Assembly (NCBI GenBank): GCA_964016885.1
Contig: OZ024747.1
Coordinates: 85,002,001 to 85,066,000, forward strand
Source: Eledone cirrhosa
Taxonomy: Eukaryota
Direction: 5' to 3'
DNA: 64,000 nucleotides
Of the stretch, positions 57,291-64,000 are shown piece after piece; the stretch's first letter is position 1; every line of letters begins with the position of its first letter. The notes under the pieces were generated by a model. It was not told the origin of the DNA. It was given only the letters and a program-made list of their open reading frames with translations, and did not search any database. The position numbers and the translations under genes were made by a program.

Positions 57291-57895
57291 TTATACACTT
57301 CTGATTGGTTGAGATCTTCAGGCACGATTTTCAAGCTATTTGAATTTAACCGCCAGTTGTATAATTAGTTCTATCGACTAGGCTTGACACCCTTCCTCTT
57401 TGGAAGGTCACGTAATGATGATGCCGTCTTGGGGTGCTACGTTCAGTCACTGCTGATAATTTGCTCCACCATTCCTAGCTGCGTAAATTCTCTGGATGTT
57501 TTCAGGAATCGCACGTAGCTTCCGTGCATATGTACTCACCAGGTGTGGGATGTAGTAATGAAACCACGTGGTCCGGGGACGATAATGAATTGAGTTCCCG
57601 CACAACACCGTTTATAACACTAACTAACGAATCGTGCACTCTGATATAAGGATTTGTATTTACAAAATACGATTTCTTTAAAATCATGGAGTGAGGGGCA
57701 AACGGTGATCTGGGAAGAATTCTATTTATCTAGTTCATTACAATTATTATATAATTAATATATATTATTCAGTTGATGAAAATTGGTTGATCATATAATC
57801 CACAGACGTTTTCGTAAACAGACATAAAGCACTCAAAGATTTGTATTTCTTAGGATTTTCTCGGTAAGGTATCAACCGGAGTTACAATATAATAA

Positions 57896-58150
57896 ATAAG
57901 AGAGACAGTTTTATGCGTACATATTCATTTTATTATAAATCTGTTATGCATATTTCCAAGTTGTCAGAGTGTTTATATAATAACCCCCTGGCATGTTTTC
58001 ATCAGATAGTGGTGTAAGATGTATTTTCCTATCTATTGATATGTTACTGGTTTGTCATGGTGTTTACATCATTGACTAGTACACATATGAAATACGTATA
58101 ATAGATTTATTTAATAAAATGAAGATGTACGAATAAAACCGTCTCTCTTA
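57896..58150. mobile_element. Old inverted pair of HHR-bearing pLTR segments
   Basis: Diverged inverted repeats 57896-57956 / 58088-58150. Minus-strand HHR at 57941-58009 (CTGATGA...GAAA-TATGCA-TA). Plus-strand HHR at 58031-58106 with a broken core but stem I ATCTAT/ATAGAT. Confidence 0.6.
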
Positions 58151-58168
58151 TATATATATATACATATA

Positions 58169-58205
<37 letters not shown>

Positions 58206-58206
<1 letters not shown>

Positions 58207-59072
58207 GAGGTGTGTCAGAAAAGTTCCAGGACTGATGTCACAAAAGATTTATTTCAAACCCAAACTTCACACTAAGAGTTTTCTCCTTCAAAGTAATCCC
58301 CCTGGAGTCTAATGCACTTTTCCATCCTTTTCTACCACGCTTGCATGCACTCCTGGAAGGATTCTTCCGGGATCCTCCGCAGTTCCGTCGTCACGGCCTT
58401 TTTGATGTCGTCCACGTCTTCAAAACGAGTCCCCTCCTGGTCGTACTCGAAGTGATGACTTTCCCTAGCATGTCTGGTTCGGCTTCAAGACGCTCGAGGA
58501 TGTCCTGGCACACTTGCATGCGTCGACCCTTCTGGTCATCGTTCATCAGTTTTGGCACCATCTTCGCGCAGACTTTCCGCATGTCCAAATCTTCAGTGAG
58601 AATCTTCCAGACGCTGTCCCGATTCATGCCCAGCTCATTTGCTATCAGTCGAACAGTCAGCCGACGATCGCTACGCACCATCTGCCTGACGCGCTCAACG
58701 TTGACCTCAGTCCTGGTTGTTGAGGGCCTTCCGCTCCTGGGGTCATCTTGCACCACTCAAAAACACGTGAGAGTGACATCGCCTCATCTCCATACACTTT
58801 CTGCAGCAATCCCAGTGCTTCTGGCGGAGTTTTCCCCAACCGTACCAGAAACTTCAAGTGTGTTCGTTACTCTGTGCTCATTGCTTGACGACCTGAAACG
58901 GAGGATATGTATATACAATTATGAAGAAAAAAGTTTGATCGCTGCAGAGAGCTAAGATTACAGTTACATATTCCAAGGGGATTACTTTGAAGGAGAAAAC
59001 TCTTAGTGTGAAGTTAGGGTTTGAAATAAATCTTTTGTGACATCAGTCCTGGAAATTTTCTGACACACCTCG
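58206..59072 (-). mobile_element. Internally deleted mariner element with inverted repeats of about 100 bp and TA TSD
   Basis: TA-CGAGGTGTGTCAGAAAA...TTTTCTGACACACCTCG-TA; IKFLVRLGKT, DDPRSGRP, DRRLTVR, KVCAKMVPK; C-terminal KCIRLQGDYFEGENS*; catalytic core missing. Confidence 0.9.
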
Positions 59073-59473
59073 TATATATATATATATATATAGTTTAACG
59101 AATCTATTCATTTACAATTCGTCTAGCTCCGGCCGCTATCTACACGCTCGATGAATGTACAAAAGTCGTATGATAAAAATACGAATTTTTAACCTAGAGT
59201 GAGCACTATTTGTGAATTACTAGATAAACAGCTTAGTGTGGGTACAAGTAATAGACCCAAACTGCAACAGTTTGTAAGCCACGTCCTGGCACAATACATC
59301 CATTAGCAGTGTTACTCACAGAAGTCATGCAATTTGGTACCCGCCTCAGTAAACCACGAATCTACTGAACTACCTATTATATTATATACATATATATGTG
59401 TGTGCGTGTGTGTGTAAACTATTTCCGTGGAAAAGGTCAAGGAAAGAAGAGTGCTCTATGTATAGTACAGAGC

Positions 59474-59616
59474 TATTTAATTATGTAATAAACAGCACAA
59501 TATTATTACTCCATTACCCAAGGTTTCACGGATTCAGGCGCTTCTGTTAGAATCGTCTAACTCCATGGAACCTTCGGTAATAGAATAATTATATTGTGTT
59601 GTTTATTACATAATTA

Positions 59617-59621
<5 letters not shown>
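59474..59621. repeat. Diverged fold-back with HHR-like 3' halves, next to (TA)n
   Basis: Imperfect arms at about 59474-59531 / 59562-59621; GAAACCTTGGGTA on the minus strand and GGAACCTTCGGTA on the plus strand. Confidence 0.55.
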
Positions 59622-59655
<34 letters not shown>

Positions 59656-60138
59656 TGAGTGAGGGAGGGAGGAGGGGAGGAGACATATACACACACACGT
59701 TCACACATACCTCCTCTACGCAGACATTTACAAAAAATACCGGTTTATTATAAGTGACGATAGACTAGGTAGGTGTCGTCTACATTACTTTGATATATGT
59801 CTATCAACATCAATATATATGTAAGTGTAGTCAGATACAGAGAGACGTTATTTGTGAAGTTGTGTGGAATAGCTGGTGTGATCGCTACATAAACTTATAA
59901 ATATATAAACATATAGAATTACAATTTAGCTTCAGGCATAGTTGTTTAGATATGTATTGGAATTTCGTATTTGGAGAGCCGTAGCTATGCCAAAACGCCA
60001 GCGACTAACGCCGTCTGGCGATGTCCATCTGAAGCAAGGGGACAATCATGGGTGCGCATTTCGAACTGAACTGGTTTTCATCAGCTCGGGGGCGATTATA
60101 TCATCTATTCCAACATTTACACAATTAACTTCTCTTAG

Positions 60139-60170
<32 letters not shown>

Positions 60171-60699
60171 TATTCATTTGTGTGTGTAAGTGATTATGAT
60201 GGACTATTCCACAATTAATTTTTGTAAGCTGAGAAAAAGCAAGTGTATATAAATAATTCCGGACTAAACCATGGTCACCCCAAAAGGTATAAACACAAAA
60301 AGGTTACATGTAACGCTGGAGCAGCAAACAGAAATAAAAATGTCAGAGAGGACCCCACAGTCAGGATTACAGAGATAATCTCAGACTGAACGTAAGTCAC
60401 CACACGAGGAACAATATAAGGAACAGGACAAAATATGCAAGACGGAAATACACAGTAATTTTAAAAAGATACTAATGAAAAAAATACTATAAAGGAACCC
60501 CATTCTAATGACCGTTTTCTGACAGAAACCAGAAGTGCAGGGACACAGGATTGTCTACAGACACGAGAATCTGAAAATAATCAATTTATCACAGAGATTG
60601 TTAACACCAATACAAAAAGATATATTATGTAAAGAACTACAATTTACATCAACTCTCCCAAAACCATGTATATATACTAATAACCAAGTGTGTATATAC

Positions 60700-61520
60700 T
60701 AATAACAAAATGAAACATTTCAATCCTACGGACTCCCGACAATACCTCTTTTTTATATCTCACCCAAAATACACCCAGACAAACATTCCACTTAACTCAG
60801 CTAAGTGAATCTGCACAATAGCTTCAAACCCTAGAACAAGAAACCATAGACTATAAAGGATGAAAAAACTAATCAAAAGAAAATATCTTCAGAATTTAAT
60901 CATGAAGCAAGACAAATTAGCCCCCAGGAACTACGAAAAAGAAAAAAAGAAAAACCGGTTATACCAATATTTTAATTTTTAATCCAAAGAACACCGATAT
61001 CTATACACATACAACTAAACCTTCCTATTCTACTAAAGGACAGAACATGAGAAACCCCTTACTAAAATATTCAATTACAAAAAAACAAAAGACAGCTAAA
61101 ATCACAAAAAACGATAGTAACGAATACGATGCTGAAAATCATAATTAAAGATCTTGAAGTCAGAAAATGCCACCGACCTAACTGCTGAGTATGCAGCTAT
61201 TAGGTCCCGAATTTCACTTCAAAGAGGGACCTATTTTCAAAATTATAAACTACTTTTCGTATAATTCATACAATTTAATATATATTATATGTATAGGTTG
61301 CCATGAGAACTACAATTGTCAAACACGTTTGACACTCTGACAAAGGATGACAGAACACTGTCAAGAAATTAGGGAACCGTACACCAGAAAGATTTCTGTT
61401 AGTTAACATAGAGGATTGCAGATGACGAACCTTCCTAAATCCCGATGTCTTCCCATTTTATCAATGCAGCTATTCTAAAGCGAAACAAAAACGAGTTAAC
61501 AAGGAAATATACTTTATAAC
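60700..61520 (+). pseudogene. Highly decayed Penelope-like element (Neptune-type GIY-YIG)
   Basis: NLIYIICIGCHENYNCQTRLTL*QRMTEHCQEI at 61272-61375; a PKIH-like remnant near 60760. Confidence 0.6.
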
Positions 61521-62105
61521 TAAATAGAAATAAAACCTAACGCCATGCTTTGACGCATAGAGTTACGGCCCTTGCCATTCTGAGTTCAAATCCCGCCGAG
61601 GTTAACTTTGCCTTTCATCCTTACGGGGTCGATAAAATAAAGTACCAGTAATACACTAGGTAATTTGCTGGCCTTGTGCCAAAAGTAGAAACAATTATAC
61701 ATTACATTCATTGTCATACCAGAGTTGCGTCCCTTGTCATAAACGACAAGGATACAACTAGTTGTGTCCCTTATTTTAGAAAAGGCATAAATGACAAAAC
61801 AGCAACACATGGAAGATATATTCAACACAGTGGGGAGCACCGTGCGAAAAATATATCCAACACTAGCACAAATCAAATTGAAACTTTGAAAAGCTGCACA
61901 TTGTGAAACCGGTTAGTACTAAAACTAATTAGATAATCTTGACCATTTCTGAAAACCCACCTATATTTTATTTTGTATGAACTCGTTTATTTTCAATATG
62001 AACTGTAAATTTGCATGTATATAGAAAACATTAGGTGCATCTCCAAACTTAGTTTTCCCTACACACACACGTGTGTGTGTGTGTGTAAGAATGGTTTTCC
62101 ATTAA

Positions 62106-62287
62106 CCCTTTAGCATTTACATTACTTTATATTTACTATTATATTTTCATGGTAAACACTTTATTTCACATAATATTGATATTATTTATTTTGAGGACAA
62201 TACCTTAACATAAGTCTGAGCAGCCTGTTACAACAGAAAGAGGTGAGAGAGTTCTGGCCAGATACAGCCGGTTTAAATGCTAAAGGG
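62106..62287. mobile_element. piggyBac-like MITE
   Basis: TTAA TSD on both sides; 14-bp TIR CCCTTTAGCATTTA/TAAATGCTAAAGGG. Confidence 0.85.
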
Positions 62288-63921
62288 TTAATGAAGGGAA
62301 GGAGATCACAGTCAAACCAAGCTGCTCAATACATCAAGAAGTGAATTCACAATGACTAGTTTCATTCAGTGATGAAATTGCGAGAAAGAAGATTGATAAA
62401 ATTAGTTCTAGACTTGAATACATACTGGAGTTGATATGGAAGACAGTTCCCCAGCATGACCACTAATAACAGAAACCAGTAAGAATGTGTACACGTATTC
62501 ACATAAATACCTCGCATCACTGAAATAAATTTCTTTAAAATTAAATAATCAAAATTGTTTTCATGTTTTTATTATTTTTATTATTCACAGGAAGAATAAA
62601 CATCAAACTTCATAGTGTTTACAGTACATTTTTTTTCCCCATTTCATTTCAAACCCAAAGTATTAAAGACATGCTTTGGAAATTGGCTGCAAGTGATTAT
62701 TATTATTATTAATATTGCCGAGAAAACACATTCATTACAAGAGATAATGGCGAGAAAAAAAAAACAAACATTAGTATTGCATTAACCCAATAACCAGTTT
62801 TCAACATCATAATAAAATTTGCACTGTATATATATATGTTTTCTTCTTTTTTTTTTGGGGGGGGGGGGGGGGGGGATAAAGCTACCTTGAATGTAGATAC
62901 ATTCTGCCCTTCATCAACCCCACCATTTCTGAATGTAGGTAGGACTTGCCAAATTATTAAATTTCTATTCTACTCATACGAGTGTGTACATGAGGCCACA
63001 AAAAAAAAAAAAAAAAAATTATCCTGCTAAGGCCTCAATGAGCAAACTCAAAAATTTCTATTATATATATTTTTACACTTTGGCAAAGTCAACCTTACAA
63101 ACATGAACGATACACCAATATCTTTTGTTTTGTATGTGTATTTCATTCAATTCATTTTAAGGTAGGGTCTGAAAGTTTTTCTTTCTTTAGTTTTTTTTTC
63201 ATCTCTTGATTCTTTTATCTTTTTTTTCTTTCATTCAAAGTGAGCTTTTTATTTTTAATTCAATTTTATAACATTGGTTTGGTCTTGTTTTAAATATTTG
63301 TATATTCCTTTAGGAAAAAATGTTTTGTCAAAATAATTCATCCAATATATCTTATTTGTTTTATTTTTTATCATTTCTTTTTAATTAACCAATCATTTTT
63401 TTTTCAATTATTTTTATGATTAATGCTTCATTTAAAAAAAAAAAAAAAAAAAAAAACAATCGATAGACACATCTCACTTGCAAAGTCTTCATATCCTGAC
63501 AGCACAAAAAGGAAGGAATATTAGAAAAAAGAAAGGAAAAATACGTTTATACCCTATAAAACCTAACTAGAAGTTGAAGGCAGGCTTAGGGGGAATAAAC
63601 ATATTTTAATATTACATTATTGCCAGGAATGTGATAACACAAGTGAATTCAAATATTCAGCCATGCATGCAACAGTGCTAACAAATAATTTTCAACCATT
63701 CTCTTTCAGTTCACACACAACTACAAACCCTTCTCTCTCATATACACACAAAAAAGGAAAGGATTTGATCCCACAAATTCATCAGGAAAAATTAAAAGAA
63801 AAAATATCCACCATTTATACACTAGCTATAATATTTATATATGGACCTGTTATTTTTATCTAAAGACATTTTTTTCAATTCCAACCCGCCCATCCCCTCA
63901 ATCTAATCTATTTCTTATTCT

Positions 63922-63959
63922 GTCTTCTGATGAAGGACTAGCATCCGAAACGTTAAGAC
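63922..63959 (+). ncRNA. Minimal type I hammerhead ribozyme (PLE pLTR family of 25846-25881)
   Basis: GTCTT-CTGATGA-AGGACTAGCATCC-GAAA-CG-TT-AAGAC; the downstream CTCTTCCTGCTATTT is shared with the 25.8 kb copy. Confidence 0.8.
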
Positions 63960-64000
63960 CCTCTTCCTGCTATTTCAAGAGTTAACCTAATATATCCCTT

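Overview
Repeat-saturated, AT-rich metazoan intergenic or intronic DNA. It is most consistent with an octopus or other coleoid cephalopod (an inference from the SINE families, TTAGGG repeats and huge (TA)n/(CA)n/(TACA)n tracts). I found no host protein-coding gene; nearly all ORFs in the track are microsatellite read-throughs. The real content is: one intact tRNA-Asp(GTC); four Penelope-like retroelement (PLE) remnants with RT and/or GIY-YIG; a nearly intact CR1-type LINE; a head-to-tail pair of Tx1/L1-clade LINE halves; R4/Dong-like RLE LINE 3' ends embedded in (TACA)n; RTE fragments; two tRNA-derived SINE families; two Helitron/Helentron-like non-autonomous elements; mariner/Tc1 and piggyBac-like derivatives; a probable solo LTR; and several minisatellites. 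The most striking unannotated signal is about 12 complete or near-complete type I hammerhead ribozyme (HHR) motifs plus several HHR 3' halves, from at least 6 sequence families. Many sit in short non-coding cassettes inserted in (TA)n, whose 5' ends fold back into palindromes at or inside the ribozyme. All structures were paired by eye; no folding or database search was run.
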